A stretch of DNA of 64,000 nt, from assembly GCF_039768865.1 (NCBI RefSeq), contig NZ_JBDMZQ010000025.1, one strand, 5' to 3'. Positions 50,083-60,732 of the stretch are shown piece after piece (position 1 is the stretch's first letter; every line of letters begins with the position of its first letter). A program made the translations under genes and the position numbers. The stretch comes from Wenyingzhuangia sp. Its GTDB lineage: Bacteria; Bacteroidota; Bacteroidia; Flavobacteriales; Flavobacteriaceae. The notes beneath the pieces were generated by a model. The model was not told the origin of the DNA. It saw nothing but the letters and a program-made list of their open reading frames with translations, and ran no database searches.

Positions 50083-51774
50083 ATGTCAGACGATAAAAAA
50101 GTGATTTTTTCAATGTCCGGATTGAGTAAAACTTATCAATCTACTGGGAAACAAGTGTTAAAGAATATTCATTTGAGTTTTTTTTATGGAGCTAAAATTG
50201 GAATTTTAGGATTAAACGGTTCAGGTAAATCTACACTGATGAAAATCATTGCAGGATTAGAAAAGAATTATCAAGGCGATATTACTTTTTTAGAAGGTTA
50301 CACTGTTGGGTATTTAGAACAAGAACCACAGCTAGATGAGGATAAGACAGTCATGGATATTGTAAAAGAAGGAGCTGCTGAAACAGTTGCTGTTCTTGAA
50401 GAGTATAACAAAATTAACGACATGTTCGGTCTGGAAGAAGTATACTCTGATGCAGATAAGATGGATAAGTTGATGGCCCGTCAAGCAGAATTACAAGATA
50501 TGATTGATGCTTCAAATGCGTGGGAATTAGATACAAAATTAGAGATCGCTATGGATGCTTTGCGTACTCCTGAAGGCGAAACTCCAATTAAGAATTTGTC
50601 TGGAGGAGAAAGACGACGTGTTGCTTTGTGTAGATTGTTGTTGCAGGAGCCAGATGTCTTGTTATTAGATGAGCCAACGAACCATTTAGACGCAGAGTCC
50701 GTTCATTGGTTGGAGCAGCACTTAGGGCAGTACAAGGGAACAGTAATCGCTATTACGCATGATAGGTATTTCTTAGATAATGTTGCAGGTTGGATCCTTG
50801 AGTTAGATAGAGGAGAAGGGATTCCATGGAAAGGGAACTATTCGTCTTGGTTAGACCAAAAAGGTCAACGTTTAGCAAAAGAAGAAAAAACTGCTTCCAA
50901 GCGTCAAAAGACATTAGCTAGAGAGTTAGAGTGGGTTCAACAGGGGGCCAAAGGTCGTCAAGCAAAATCAAAAGCTCGTCTCAAGAATTATGATAAGTTG
51001 ATGAATCAAGATCAAAAGCAGGTTGAAGAAAAACTAGAAATTTACATTCCAAACGGGCCAAGATTGGGTACTAATGTGATAGCGTCTAAAAATGTAGCTA
51101 AAGCATTTGGAGAGAAATTATTGTATGATAATTTAGAGTTTGATTTGCCGCAAAATGGAATCGTAGGAATTATTGGACCTAACGGAGCAGGAAAGTCAAC
51201 TATTTTTAGAATGATCATGGGAGAACAAGTTCCTGATGAAGGACAGTTTGTGGTAGGTGATACTGCTAAGATTGCTTATGTAGATCAAAACCATGCAAAT
51301 ATTGATGCTGACAAGTCTATTTGGGAGAATTTCTCAGAAGGTCAGGAGTTGATTATGATGGGGGGTAAAATGGTAAATTCAAGAGCTTATCTTTCTCGTT
51401 TTAATTTTTCAGGTTCAGAGCAAAACAAAAAGGTGTCTACTTTGTCTGGAGGAGAACGAAATCGCTTGCATTTAGCAATGACTCTAAGAGAGGAAGGAAA
51501 TGTTTTATTGTTGGATGAGCCGACAAACGACTTAGATGTTAATACGCTAAGAGCTCTAGAAGAGGGCTTAGATAATTTTGCCGGTTGTGCTGTAGTAATC
51601 TCACATGACAGATGGTTTTTAGATAGAGTTTGTACTCATATCTTAGCCTTTGAAGGAGATAGTCAAGTGTATTTCTTTGAGGGTTCGTTTTCAGAATACG
51701 AAGAAAATAAAGTCAAAAGATTAGGTGGAGATCAAATGCCGAAAAGAATAAAATACAAGAAATTGATTAGATAA
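50083..51774 (+). CDS. ettA: Energy-dependent translational throttle ABC-F protein
   Basis: LSFFYGAKIG, LDNVAGWILELDRG, ELEWV, KGRQAKSKARL. Confidence 0.95.
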   Translation: MSDDKKVIFSMSGLSKTYQSTGKQVLKNIHLSFFYGAKIGILGLNGSGKSTLMKIIAGLEKNYQGDITFLEGYTVGYLEQEPQLDEDKTVMDIVKEGAAETVAVLEEYNKINDMFGLEEVYSDADKMDKLMARQAELQDMIDASNAWELDTKLEIAMDALRTPEGETPIKNLSGGERRRVALCRLLLQEPDVLLLDEPTNHLDAESVHWLEQHLGQYKGTVIAITHDRYFLDNVAGWILELDRGEGIPWKGNYSSWLDQKGQRLAKEEKTASKRQKTLARELEWVQQGAKGRQAKSKARLKNYDKLMNQDQKQVEEKLEIYIPNGPRLGTNVIASKNVAKAFGEKLLYDNLEFDLPQNGIVGIIGPNGAGKSTIFRMIMGEQVPDEGQFVVGDTAKIAYVDQNHANIDADKSIWENFSEGQELIMMGGKMVNSRAYLSRFNFSGSEQNKKVSTLSGGERNRLHLAMTLREEGNVLLLDEPTNDLDVNTLRALEEGLDNFAGCAVVISHDRWFLDRVCTHILAFEGDSQVYFFEGSFSEYEENKVKRLGGDQMPKRIKYKKLIR

Positions 51775-51794
51775 AAATATCTTCTTTGATGTGT

Positions 51795-51833
51795 AAAAAA
51801 AAAGACGTTACTAATCTAAGTAACGTCTTTTTT
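51795..51833. terminator. Bidirectional terminator ettA/SPOR gene
   Basis: A9-GACGTTACT-loop-AGTAACGTC-T6. Confidence 0.88.
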
Positions 51834-51861
51834 ATGTTGTTGCTTTTGTGGAGTATTGTTG

Positions 51862-52209
51862 TTATAAAACTTTAGCATTGGGGTAATGTTCTTTTATGAC
51901 CATTAAAATATGTTCTGCTTCAATTTTTGTACTGTAAGGATTAGTGATTACTTTCCAATCAGGGCTTATATAGGTAAGTTTGACTTTGATATAATCGAAC
52001 TGTTTTGCAAAGGATTTGTAAACTTCTAAAGCTTCGTTCTCGTTACCGTTGTACAGTAGTATACTGAAGCCTGTTTTGCTAGTTTTATTGTGTTCACGTT
52101 TTTTTTGAATAAAGGACTCCAAAAGGTTTTTTTTTTCTTGTGAAAAAGATGTTTCTATCGAGAATAGACTGGCAATTAGGATAGTAAGTATAGTTATTTT
52201 AGTTCGCAC
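51862..52209 (-). CDS. Small secreted SPOR-like domain protein
   Basis: Signal peptide; GFSILLYNG...PDWKV...YPNA pattern; divergent from actA. Confidence 0.65.
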   Translation of the reverse strand: MRTKITILTILIASLFSIETSFSQEKKNLLESFIQKKREHNKTSKTGFSILLYNGNENEALEVYKSFAKQFDYIKVKLTYISPDWKVITNPYSTKIEAEHILMVIKEHYPNAKVL

Positions 52210-52417
52210 AAATAATAGGTTAAATGAAGGAACAAATATAATAAAAGTTATTGTAAAAAAGGTTTATTTAGAATTTCTATAAATTAACTTTTAGACCGCA
52301 TAACTGTTCGTCAATTGGAAGCATAATATTACTTTTGTACTACGTGAAATCATTGTGATTTTATCATGAATTATGATTCCACGAAAAACATATATTTAAA
52401 ACTTATTATACAACTGT

Positions 52418-53647
52418 ATGAAAATTGTGAAATTACACAGAAAATTATCTAGTGTTTTAAAGTTAAGTTTAGTGCTTTTCTTCTCTTTTTCTTTGAGTTT
52501 ATCGGCCCAAGATAAACCATCAGATGAACAGGTAAAAGCTGGGAAGGCATTGTTTAATATGCATTGTGCATCGTGTCACAAATTAAACAAGAAGGCAACA
52601 GGTCCTGCTCTTGCAAATGTGGCTGAGCGCCGTGACATGGACTGGTTGAAAGCGTGGATTAAGAACAACAATAAGTTGAGAGCTTCAGGCGATGCTGATG
52701 CAAAAGCAATCTACGAAGAGTATGGAAGAGTTTCTATGAGTGCTTTTGAATTCTTGTCAGATGCACAGATAGAAGACATTATTGCGTACACAACAGTGGG
52801 AGATGTGAAAAAAGCTAGTACAGCTGGTGTGGCTTCTGTTGAACAGGTAGCCGAATTTGAATCTACTCCTAGTGAAGTTTTACCTATAATTTCTACTGTA
52901 GTGGTAACATTAGTGTTGTTGGTTTTAATCGGATGGATTTACTTCAAAAGCAAGAATGGTTTCTTAAAGATATGTGCTACAATCTTCTTAGTTTTCTTAG
53001 GTGTGTATTTTGGTTTTACAGCATTATTGTCCATCGGAGTAGATGAAGGATATCAGCCTGTTCAGCCCATTGCATTTTCTCATAAGATACACTCTGGAGA
53101 TAATAAAATAGATTGTCAATACTGTCATTCTTCAGCAAAGCATTCAAAAACATCTGGAATTCCTTCAGTAAACGTTTGTATGAATTGTCATAAGAACATA
53201 GCAGAAGTTGCAGATGATACTCAGGTGGTTTTAGGAGAAGGAAGAATTCTAGGTAAAGCCAGTTTAGATTATGAAATTCAAAAAATTTACGATGCTGCTG
53301 GTTGGGATGATGAAAATCTTAAGTATACAGGAGAGACGAAGCCGATCAAGTGGGTGCGTATTCATAACTTGCCTGATTTTGCTTATTTCAATCACTCACA
53401 GCACGTGACCGTAGCAGGAGTAGCCTGTAAGAAGTGTCATGGTCCTATAGAGGAAATGGAAGAAGTGTATCAGCACTCTCCATTAACGATGGGGTGGTGT
53501 ATCGATTGTCACAAAGAGACTGAAGTGAATCTTGAAGGTAATGGATATTACAAGAAGATACATGAGCAGTTGTCACAGAAGTATGGTGTAAACAAAGTTA
53601 CCATTGCCCAGTTAGGGGGTAAAGAATGTGGTAAGTGTCACTATTAA
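52418..53647 (+). CDS. actA: Alternative complex III multiheme cytochrome c subunit
   Basis: N-terminal monoheme domain (CASCH), two TMs, then five CxxCH motifs; QPIAFSHKIH. Confidence 0.93.
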   Translation: MKIVKLHRKLSSVLKLSLVLFFSFSLSLSAQDKPSDEQVKAGKALFNMHCASCHKLNKKATGPALANVAERRDMDWLKAWIKNNNKLRASGDADAKAIYEEYGRVSMSAFEFLSDAQIEDIIAYTTVGDVKKASTAGVASVEQVAEFESTPSEVLPIISTVVVTLVLLVLIGWIYFKSKNGFLKICATIFLVFLGVYFGFTALLSIGVDEGYQPVQPIAFSHKIHSGDNKIDCQYCHSSAKHSKTSGIPSVNVCMNCHKNIAEVADDTQVVLGEGRILGKASLDYEIQKIYDAAGWDDENLKYTGETKPIKWVRIHNLPDFAYFNHSQHVTVAGVACKKCHGPIEEMEEVYQHSPLTMGWCIDCHKETEVNLEGNGYYKKIHEQLSQKYGVNKVTIAQLGGKECGKCHY

Positions 53648-53707
53648 GAACTAAAGAATTTAAGCTAAGTTATATTTAGCATCAATTATAGAAAAACAAA
53701 ATTAACC

Positions 53708-56700
53708 ATGGCATCAAACAAAAAATACTGGAAAAGTGTTGAGGAACTAAATGAAAATAGTTCTATTGTTGCTTCGCTTGAGCAAAACGAATTCAATGAA
53801 GGACAATCTCCAGAATCGTTCTTAGGTGATAAAGAGACTTTAGAAGCTTCTAGTACTACTAGACGAGATTTCTTAAAATACGTTGGGTTTACAACAGCAG
53901 CAGCTTCTTTAGCCGCTTGTGAAGGTCCTGTTATCAAATCGGTTCCCTATGTGATGAAACCTGAAGAGATTACTCCAGGGATTGCAAATTACTATGCGTC
54001 TACAATTGCTGACGGATTCGATTTTGCTAATGTTCTGGTAAAGACTAAGGAAGGACGTCCTGTTTTTATTTTACCAAACAAGGAAGCTAAAGGAATTACA
54101 AATGCACGTATCAATGCATCAGTCTTGTCCTTGTATGATAGTTTAAGATTGAGAGGTCCAAAAATCAAGGGGAATACTGCTTCTTGGTCAGACGTAAATT
54201 CTAGGGTTGCAGCTCAATTAGAAAGTCTTTCAAATGATGGTCAAAAAATAGTCCTTTTGACAGGGACTATGGCAAGTCCTTCAACAGAAGCGATTATTGC
54301 TCAATTTTCTAAAAAATATAAAAACGTATCACATGTAACTTATGATGCTGTATCAGAGTCCGCTGCTTTAGACGCTTTTGAAGAAGTATACAGTGAGAGA
54401 GCTTTGGCCAATTATAAGTTAGAAAACGCTAAAACAATTGTTTCCATAGGAGCAGATTTCTTAGGGGATTGGCAAGGAGGAGGTTTTAGTGCTGCATATG
54501 CTGCCGGAAGAGACGTAAAGTCTGGTAATTTTTCACGCCATATACAATTTGAAGCGAATTATTCTTTAACTGGAGCTAATGCAGATAAGCGTGTAGTTTT
54601 AAAGCCTTCTGAACAAGCTTTTGCTTTGATTAACCTTTACAATGCAGTAACAGGTCAGAATTTACCATCAAAGAAAACACCGGGAGACGCATCTATTCTT
54701 AAGGCAGCTGCTCAATTAAAGAAATCCGCAGAGAAGTCTATAGTTGTTACCGGTATTCAAGATAAAAATGCACAGTTAATAGCTCTAGCGATCAATAACT
54801 ACTTAAATTCTGAGATATTAGATACTAAAAATGTGCGATATGTACGTGGCGGTAATGATGCGGACCTTTCTAATTTAGTCGCAGAACTAAAAGCAGGAAA
54901 AGTAGGTGCTTTGATTACCTATAGCACTAATCCAGTTTATACCTTACCAAATGCCTCAGATTTCAAAGCTGGTTTGGCTAAAACAAAATTGACTGTTGGT
55001 TTTTCTTCTAAGGAAGATGAAACATTAAGCGAAATGCAGTATGCTTTAGCAACACCAAGTTATTTAGAGTCTTGGGGAGATGTTAAAATGTCTGCAGATC
55101 AGTACAGTTTGACACAGCCAACAATTAAGCCTTTGTTTGATACCATGCAATTTCAAGATTGCTTATTGGCTTGGTCAGGGTCAAGTAGTTCGTATTATGA
55201 TTACTTAACTTCTTATGCTAAGTCCAATGTACTCAATGGTGCTTCATGGAATCAATCTTTGCATGATGGTTTTGTTCCTTTAAATAGCTCTAGGCTCAGA
55301 GGTAGATCAATTGATGTTGCTTCAGCTGCAAATGTATTGAAAGGAAATACAAAGTCAGGTGATTTTGAGTTGACCTTATATTCTTCCATTGCCTTAGGAG
55401 ATGGACAACAAGCAAATAATCCATGGTTACAAGAATTACCAGATCCTTTGACTCGAGCGTCATGGGATAATTATTTGTTAATGTCTCAACTAGATGCAGA
55501 TGCTTTAGGGTTTTCAAACCCGGTTCAAGACAATGGAGCTATCAATGGACAATATGCAACCATAACGGTTAATGGAGTTGCTCTTGAAAATATTCCAGTT
55601 TTAATACAACCTGGACAAGCACAAGGTACGTTAGCTTTGTCTTATGGATATGGTAAGACTAAGGCCTTGAAGCAAGAAATGCTATTAGGAGTTAATGCTT
55701 ACGCTGTTGCCTTTGGAGGATCACAAATTGCAACGATTACCAATACAGGTGGTGAGCATTTATTTGCGTGTGAGCAATTACAACATACAATAGCCGGACG
55801 TCACGATATTTTAAGAGAAACTAGTTTAGATGAATATACAAACGGTCATGTTGAAAATTGGAATCCTAGACCTGAAGTATCCTTAAAACACAAAGAGGTA
55901 GATGTAACTACCGTTGATTTATGGGATGATCATGATCGATCGATAGGTCATCATTTTAACTTATCCATTGATTTGACTTCTTGTACTGGATGTGGTTCAT
56001 GTGTGGTTGCTTGTCATTCTGAGAACAATGTACCTGTTGTAGGAAAACACGAAGTTAGAGTAGGAAGAGATATGCACTGGTTACGTATCGATAGGTATTA
56101 TACCTCAGAAGGAGATGCAGGTTTAGAAACTAAAAAATCTAATTCAGCACCAACAACTGAAGACAATGCTGCCTTTTATGAATCCTTAGAAACGGTTGAA
56201 GCGTTAAATCCACAGGTTGCTTTTCAGCCTATTATGTGTCAACACTGTAATCATGCACCTTGTGAAACGGTATGTCCTGTAGCTGCTACGACACATGGTC
56301 GTCAAGGTCAAAACCAAATGACTTACAATAGATGTGTAGGTACACGTTACTGTGCTAATAACTGTCCTTACAGAGTGCGTCGTTTCAACTGGTTTAGATA
56401 CAACAGTAATGATGAGTTTGATTTTAACATGAACGATGATTACGGAAAGATGGTGTTAAACCCTGATGTGACAGTACGTTCACGTGGAGTTATGGAAAAA
56501 TGTTCTATGTGTATCCAAATGACTCAGAAGACTATCTTAGATGCTAAAAAGGAAGGTCGTCCTGTTGATGTCAATGAATTTTCAACTGCTTGCTCTAGTG
56601 CATGTAGTACAGGTTCTATCAAGTTTGGTGATATAAACAACTCAGAAGATGAAGTGACTGATTTACGAAATGATAAGCGTGCTTACAGATTATTAGAGTT

Positions 56701-56761
56701 CATTGGAACTGACAATAATGTTGTTTATCATACCAAGATAAGAAACACAAACGAAGCTTAA
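53708..56761 (+). CDS. actB: Alternative complex III subunit B (molybdopterin-oxidoreductase-like plus Fe-S domain)
   Basis: KYWKS, Tat-lipoprotein signal RRDFLK...LAAC, NNPWLQE, CTGCGSCVVAC, CQHC..APC, CVGTRYC. Confidence 0.95.
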   Translation: MASNKKYWKSVEELNENSSIVASLEQNEFNEGQSPESFLGDKETLEASSTTRRDFLKYVGFTTAAASLAACEGPVIKSVPYVMKPEEITPGIANYYASTIADGFDFANVLVKTKEGRPVFILPNKEAKGITNARINASVLSLYDSLRLRGPKIKGNTASWSDVNSRVAAQLESLSNDGQKIVLLTGTMASPSTEAIIAQFSKKYKNVSHVTYDAVSESAALDAFEEVYSERALANYKLENAKTIVSIGADFLGDWQGGGFSAAYAAGRDVKSGNFSRHIQFEANYSLTGANADKRVVLKPSEQAFALINLYNAVTGQNLPSKKTPGDASILKAAAQLKKSAEKSIVVTGIQDKNAQLIALAINNYLNSEILDTKNVRYVRGGNDADLSNLVAELKAGKVGALITYSTNPVYTLPNASDFKAGLAKTKLTVGFSSKEDETLSEMQYALATPSYLESWGDVKMSADQYSLTQPTIKPLFDTMQFQDCLLAWSGSSSSYYDYLTSYAKSNVLNGASWNQSLHDGFVPLNSSRLRGRSIDVASAANVLKGNTKSGDFELTLYSSIALGDGQQANNPWLQELPDPLTRASWDNYLLMSQLDADALGFSNPVQDNGAINGQYATITVNGVALENIPVLIQPGQAQGTLALSYGYGKTKALKQEMLLGVNAYAVAFGGSQIATITNTGGEHLFACEQLQHTIAGRHDILRETSLDEYTNGHVENWNPRPEVSLKHKEVDVTTVDLWDDHDRSIGHHFNLSIDLTSCTGCGSCVVACHSENNVPVVGKHEVRVGRDMHWLRIDRYYTSEGDAGLETKKSNSAPTTEDNAAFYESLETVEALNPQVAFQPIMCQHCNHAPCETVCPVAATTHGRQGQNQMTYNRCVGTRYCANNCPYRVRRFNWFRYNSNDEFDFNMNDDYGKMVLNPDVTVRSRGVMEKCSMCIQMTQKTILDAKKEGRPVDVNEFSTACSSACSTGSIKFGDINNSEDEVTDLRNDKRAYRLLEFIGTDNNVVYHTKIRNTNEA

Positions 56762-56791
56762 AAAAATAAATAAATATTTAAAATTAAATAT

Positions 56792-58192
56792 ATGTCGTCT
56801 CATTACGAAGCACCCATTAGAGAACCTTTAGTTTTAGGGGAAAAGAGTTACCACGATATCACAATGGATATCGTCAAACCAATAGAGGGTAAGGCAAATA
56901 AAAATTGGTACATCGCATTTGGTATTGCACTAGTTGCATTCATGTGGGGTGTAGGATGTATTCTATATACTATCGGTACAGGAATAGGAGTTTGGGGATT
57001 GAACAAGAACATTGGATGGGCTTGGGATATTACTAACTTTGTATGGTGGGTAGGGATTGGTCATGCTGGAACATTAATATCAGCAGTCCTTTTATTATTT
57101 CGCCAAAAGTGGAGAATGGCCATCAACCGCTCTGCGGAAGCAATGACCATTTTTGCAGTTTTTCAAGCAGGTTTGTTCCCTTTAATCCATATGGGACGTC
57201 CCTGGAATGGTTATTGGGTATTGCCTATACCAAATCAATTTGGATCTTTGTGGGTAAACTTTAACTCACCCTTACTGTGGGATGTGTTTGCAATTTCTAC
57301 CTATCTATCAGTCTCATTAGTGTTTTGGTGGACTGGATTGTTACCAGATTTTGCAATGATTAGAGATAGAGCTGTTAAACCTTTTCAGAAAAAGATATAT
57401 GCTTTATTGTCCTTCGGATGGTCTGGAAGGGCAAAAGATTGGCAACGTTTTGAGGAAGTTTCATTAGTCTTAGCTGGGTTAGCAACTCCGTTAGTACTTT
57501 CGGTTCATACTATTGTATCTATGGACTTTGCTACCTCTATCAATCCAGGTTGGCATTCAACCATCTTCCCTCCCTATTTTGTTGCAGGAGCAATCTTTTC
57601 AGGTTTTGCAATGGTACAAACCTTGTTGGGGATCATGAGAAAGGTTTCAAACTTAGAAAACTACATCACACGTTTGCACGTCGAATATATGAATATTGTG
57701 ATCATTGTGACAGGTGGTATTGTTGCTGTAGCTTATGCATCCGAGTTTTTCATCGCTTGGTATACAGGTTCCCCTTACGAAAATTACACATACATGTCAG
57801 TAGGAGCTGCTACAGGTCCCTATGGTTGGGCTTTCTGGTCGTTGATATTATTCAATATTGCCATCCCTCAGTTGTTGTGGATCACAAAAGTGAGAAGAAG
57901 CTTTATTTGGTCTTTCATTATCTCCATAGCTATAAATATTGGTATGTGGTTTGAGCGTTTTGATATTATTGCAATTGTGTTGAGTAAAGGACATTTGCCT
58001 TCTACATGGACTCGTTTTGAGCCTACCTTTGTAGATGTTGGTGTTTTTGTTGGAACCATAGGATTCTTTTTTGTATTGTTCCTACTATACGCTAGAACCT
58101 TCCCAGTAATCGCTCAGGCAGAAGTAAAAACAATTATGAAATCTTCAGGACAACATTATAAACAATTAAGAGACGGAAAAAATGAGCACTAA
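56792..58192 (+). CDS. actC: Alternative complex III quinol-binding subunit (NrfD/PsrC family)
   Basis: WDITNFVWWVGIGHAGT, HMGRPW, SPLLWD, VLSVHTIVS, WFERF. Confidence 0.95.
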   Translation: MSSHYEAPIREPLVLGEKSYHDITMDIVKPIEGKANKNWYIAFGIALVAFMWGVGCILYTIGTGIGVWGLNKNIGWAWDITNFVWWVGIGHAGTLISAVLLLFRQKWRMAINRSAEAMTIFAVFQAGLFPLIHMGRPWNGYWVLPIPNQFGSLWVNFNSPLLWDVFAISTYLSVSLVFWWTGLLPDFAMIRDRAVKPFQKKIYALLSFGWSGRAKDWQRFEEVSLVLAGLATPLVLSVHTIVSMDFATSINPGWHSTIFPPYFVAGAIFSGFAMVQTLLGIMRKVSNLENYITRLHVEYMNIVIIVTGGIVAVAYASEFFIAWYTGSPYENYTYMSVGAATGPYGWAFWSLILFNIAIPQLLWITKVRRSFIWSFIISIAINIGMWFERFDIIAIVLSKGHLPSTWTRFEPTFVDVGVFVGTIGFFFVLFLLYARTFPVIAQAEVKTIMKSSGQHYKQLRDGKNEH

Positions 58193-58709
58193 TAAAGTTA
58201 TACACGCATTATACAATGATGACGATGTTTTAATGGATGCCGTTAAAACAGTAAAAGAATCAAATCATCATATTGAAGAAGTTTTTACACCTTTTCCTGT
58301 CCATGGTTTGGATAAATTATTAGGATTACCACATACTCGTTTGGCTATATGTGCTTTCTTGTATGGACTATGTGGTCTAGCATTTGCTACTTGGATGACC
58401 AACTACATGATGATTGAAGATTGGCCTCAAGATATTGGTGGTAAACCTAACTTTGCTTGGATTTACAATATGCCAGCTTTTGTTCCAATTATGTTCGAAT
58501 TGACAGTTTTCTTTGCAGCACACTTGATGGTGATTACTTTTTATATGAGAAGTAGATTATGGCCATTTAAAGAAGCAGAAAACCCTGATCCTAGGACTAC
58601 GGACGATATCTTTCTTATGGAAGTATCAGTAGATGATAATGAAGAAGAATTAACAGCTTTATTGAATACTACAAACGCTGTTGAGATTAAAGTAATTGAA
58701 AAGCATTAA
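58182..58709 (+). CDS. actD: Alternative complex III subunit D (DUF3341)
   Basis: TPFPVHG, IGGKP, FELTV, DPRTTDD. Confidence 0.92.
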   Translation: MSTNKVIHALYNDDDVLMDAVKTVKESNHHIEEVFTPFPVHGLDKLLGLPHTRLAICAFLYGLCGLAFATWMTNYMMIEDWPQDIGGKPNFAWIYNMPAFVPIMFELTVFFAAHLMVITFYMRSRLWPFKEAENPDPRTTDDIFLMEVSVDDNEEELTALLNTTNAVEIKVIEKH

Positions 58710-58715
58710 GAACTC

Positions 58716-59267
58716 ATGAGTAAATTATTTAAAACATCAATAGTTATAGCATTAGTTGCATTCGTTTTTACTTCATGCGACAAGACTAGGCGTAAATTAC
58801 AATTTATGCCCGATATGTATCAATCGGTTTCTGGTGAGCCATACGAAGAAAGTAATGTTTTTGAGAATGGGTCTGAAGCTCAATTGCCTGCTGTAGGATC
58901 AGTCTCTAGAGGTCATATACCTTATGAGTATCCTGACACGAACGAAGGTTATCTGTCAGCTAAGAAGAACTTAAAGTCACCATTAACCCCTGAAGATTTT
59001 GATAGTAAAAAATCAGCTCAGCTTTATCAAATTTATTGTGTAGTATGTCACGGTAAAAAGGGTAATGGCTTAGGAGATTTAGTTAAAAGAGAAAAGTTTT
59101 TAGGTATTCCTAATTACAAAGATAGAGACATTACAGAAGGTAGTATTTATCATGTTCTTATGCATGGTAAAAACATGATGGGGTCTCATGCTTCTCAGTT
59201 AACAGAAAAAGAACGATGGTTGATTGTAAAACACGTTCAGGAATTAAGAAAAAACTTGTTAAAATAA
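58716..59267 (+). CDS. actE: Alternative complex III monoheme cytochrome c lipoprotein
   Basis: Lipobox FTSC, FMPDMY, CVVCHG, MGSHA. Confidence 0.92.
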   Translation: MSKLFKTSIVIALVAFVFTSCDKTRRKLQFMPDMYQSVSGEPYEESNVFENGSEAQLPAVGSVSRGHIPYEYPDTNEGYLSAKKNLKSPLTPEDFDSKKSAQLYQIYCVVCHGKKGNGLGDLVKREKFLGIPNYKDRDITEGSIYHVLMHGKNMMGSHASQLTEKERWLIVKHVQELRKNLLK

Positions 59268-59288
59268 TTACCAAACATTAGATAAATT

Positions 59289-60692
59289 ATGTATCAATTT
59301 TCAAGTAAACTAAAGTTAACAGCTATTGCCCTAATGGTAATTGGTTTTATAGGTATTATCATCAGTTTTGTCTCTTCCCCTAGCAATTTAGAAGAAACAG
59401 CTGAAATATTAGCACACCAAGAAGTGTCACACGATGCTCATTCAGATGTAGCTCATGCCACAAATTCCCATGACAGTCATCATGACCATGATTCTAATCA
59501 CTCTACTGCTCATGATACCCATGTAGATCATCACCAAAGTGCTGAACATGAATCACAAGAAGTGGAGCATGAAGAACATTTAGCTCATGTGTTTCATCAA
59601 TTACAAAATAGACCTTGGGCTGCATTTTATGTTGCTTTATTCTTTTTCACTTTTGTGACCGTTGTTGTGTTTGCATTCCTTAACATTCAACGTGTTGCTC
59701 AAGCAGGATGGTCTATCGTCTTATTTAGAGTAATGGAAGCTATATCAGGTTTTTTACCTTATGTGTCAGTGATATTTTTATTGTTTATCCTAGCAACTGC
59801 TTTTCATGCAAATCACTTGTTCGTATGGATGGCTGAAGGTACTGTTGATCCTAGCTCACCAAACTTTGACCCAATTATAGCCAATAAATCAGGTTGGTTA
59901 AATGTCCCAAGGTGGTTGATCTCGAGTATTATTTATTTGGCTGGTTGGAATGTATTCCGTTTTTTTAACAGGAAATATTCCTTGTTGCAAGATAATGCGT
60001 CCGATTTGATCAATTATCACAAGAACTATAAATTAGGTGTTGCTTTTTTAGCTTTCTTTATTTTCACTGAATCTATGTCTGTTTGGGATTGGATTATGGG
60101 ATTAGATCCACACTGGTTTTCTACCCTCTTCGGTTGGTATGTATTTGCAACAGGAATTGTCTCTGCTTTAACTGTAATTGCAATGGTGACAGTTTACTTA
60201 AAATCTAAAGGTTATTTAGAAATTGTGAACAATAGCCATTTACATGATTTAGCTAAATTTATGTTTGGTTTCTCAGTGTTTTGGACTTACTTATGGTTTG
60301 CCCAGTTTATGTTGATATGGTATGCTGATATGCCAGAAGAAACTACATATTTCGTACAACGCTTTGACGAGTATAAATTATTGTTTTTAGGAATGATTCC
60401 TTTGAACTTTATCTTGCCAGTACTGATGTTACTAAATAGTGATTTCAAACGCATTCCTCAAATTGTTTTAGGTACAGGAAGTATCATTCTTGTGGGGCAT
60501 TATATCGATGTCTTCGTAATGATTATGCCTGCTACTGTAGGAGATCAATGGGGATTTGGTTGGGGTGAAATTGGAAGTGTTTTGTTCTTCTTAGGATTAT
60601 TCATTTATGGTGTATTTACTTCAATGAGTAAAGCTCCATTAATAGCAAAAGGAAATCCGTTTTTACACGAAAGTGAACAGTTCCATTATTAA
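59289..60692 (+). CDS. actF: Alternative complex III subunit F
   Basis: AGWS, DWIMGLDPHWFST, HLHDLAK, QFMLIWYA. Confidence 0.92.
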   Translation: MYQFSSKLKLTAIALMVIGFIGIIISFVSSPSNLEETAEILAHQEVSHDAHSDVAHATNSHDSHHDHDSNHSTAHDTHVDHHQSAEHESQEVEHEEHLAHVFHQLQNRPWAAFYVALFFFTFVTVVVFAFLNIQRVAQAGWSIVLFRVMEAISGFLPYVSVIFLLFILATAFHANHLFVWMAEGTVDPSSPNFDPIIANKSGWLNVPRWLISSIIYLAGWNVFRFFNRKYSLLQDNASDLINYHKNYKLGVAFLAFFIFTESMSVWDWIMGLDPHWFSTLFGWYVFATGIVSALTVIAMVTVYLKSKGYLEIVNNSHLHDLAKFMFGFSVFWTYLWFAQFMLIWYADMPEETTYFVQRFDEYKLLFLGMIPLNFILPVLMLLNSDFKRIPQIVLGTGSIILVGHYIDVFVMIMPATVGDQWGFGWGEIGSVLFFLGLFIYGVFTSMSKAPLIAKGNPFLHESEQFHY

Positions 60693-60732
60693 TAATATCA
60701 TTACATTTGCAAAAAAAAATTAAAAAAAAATT

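Noticed and set aside
52354-52377. TGAT-TTT-ATCA as an FNR-type box before actA
   Set aside because: Spacer is 3 nt rather than 4 and the surrounding DNA is AT-rich; not supportable
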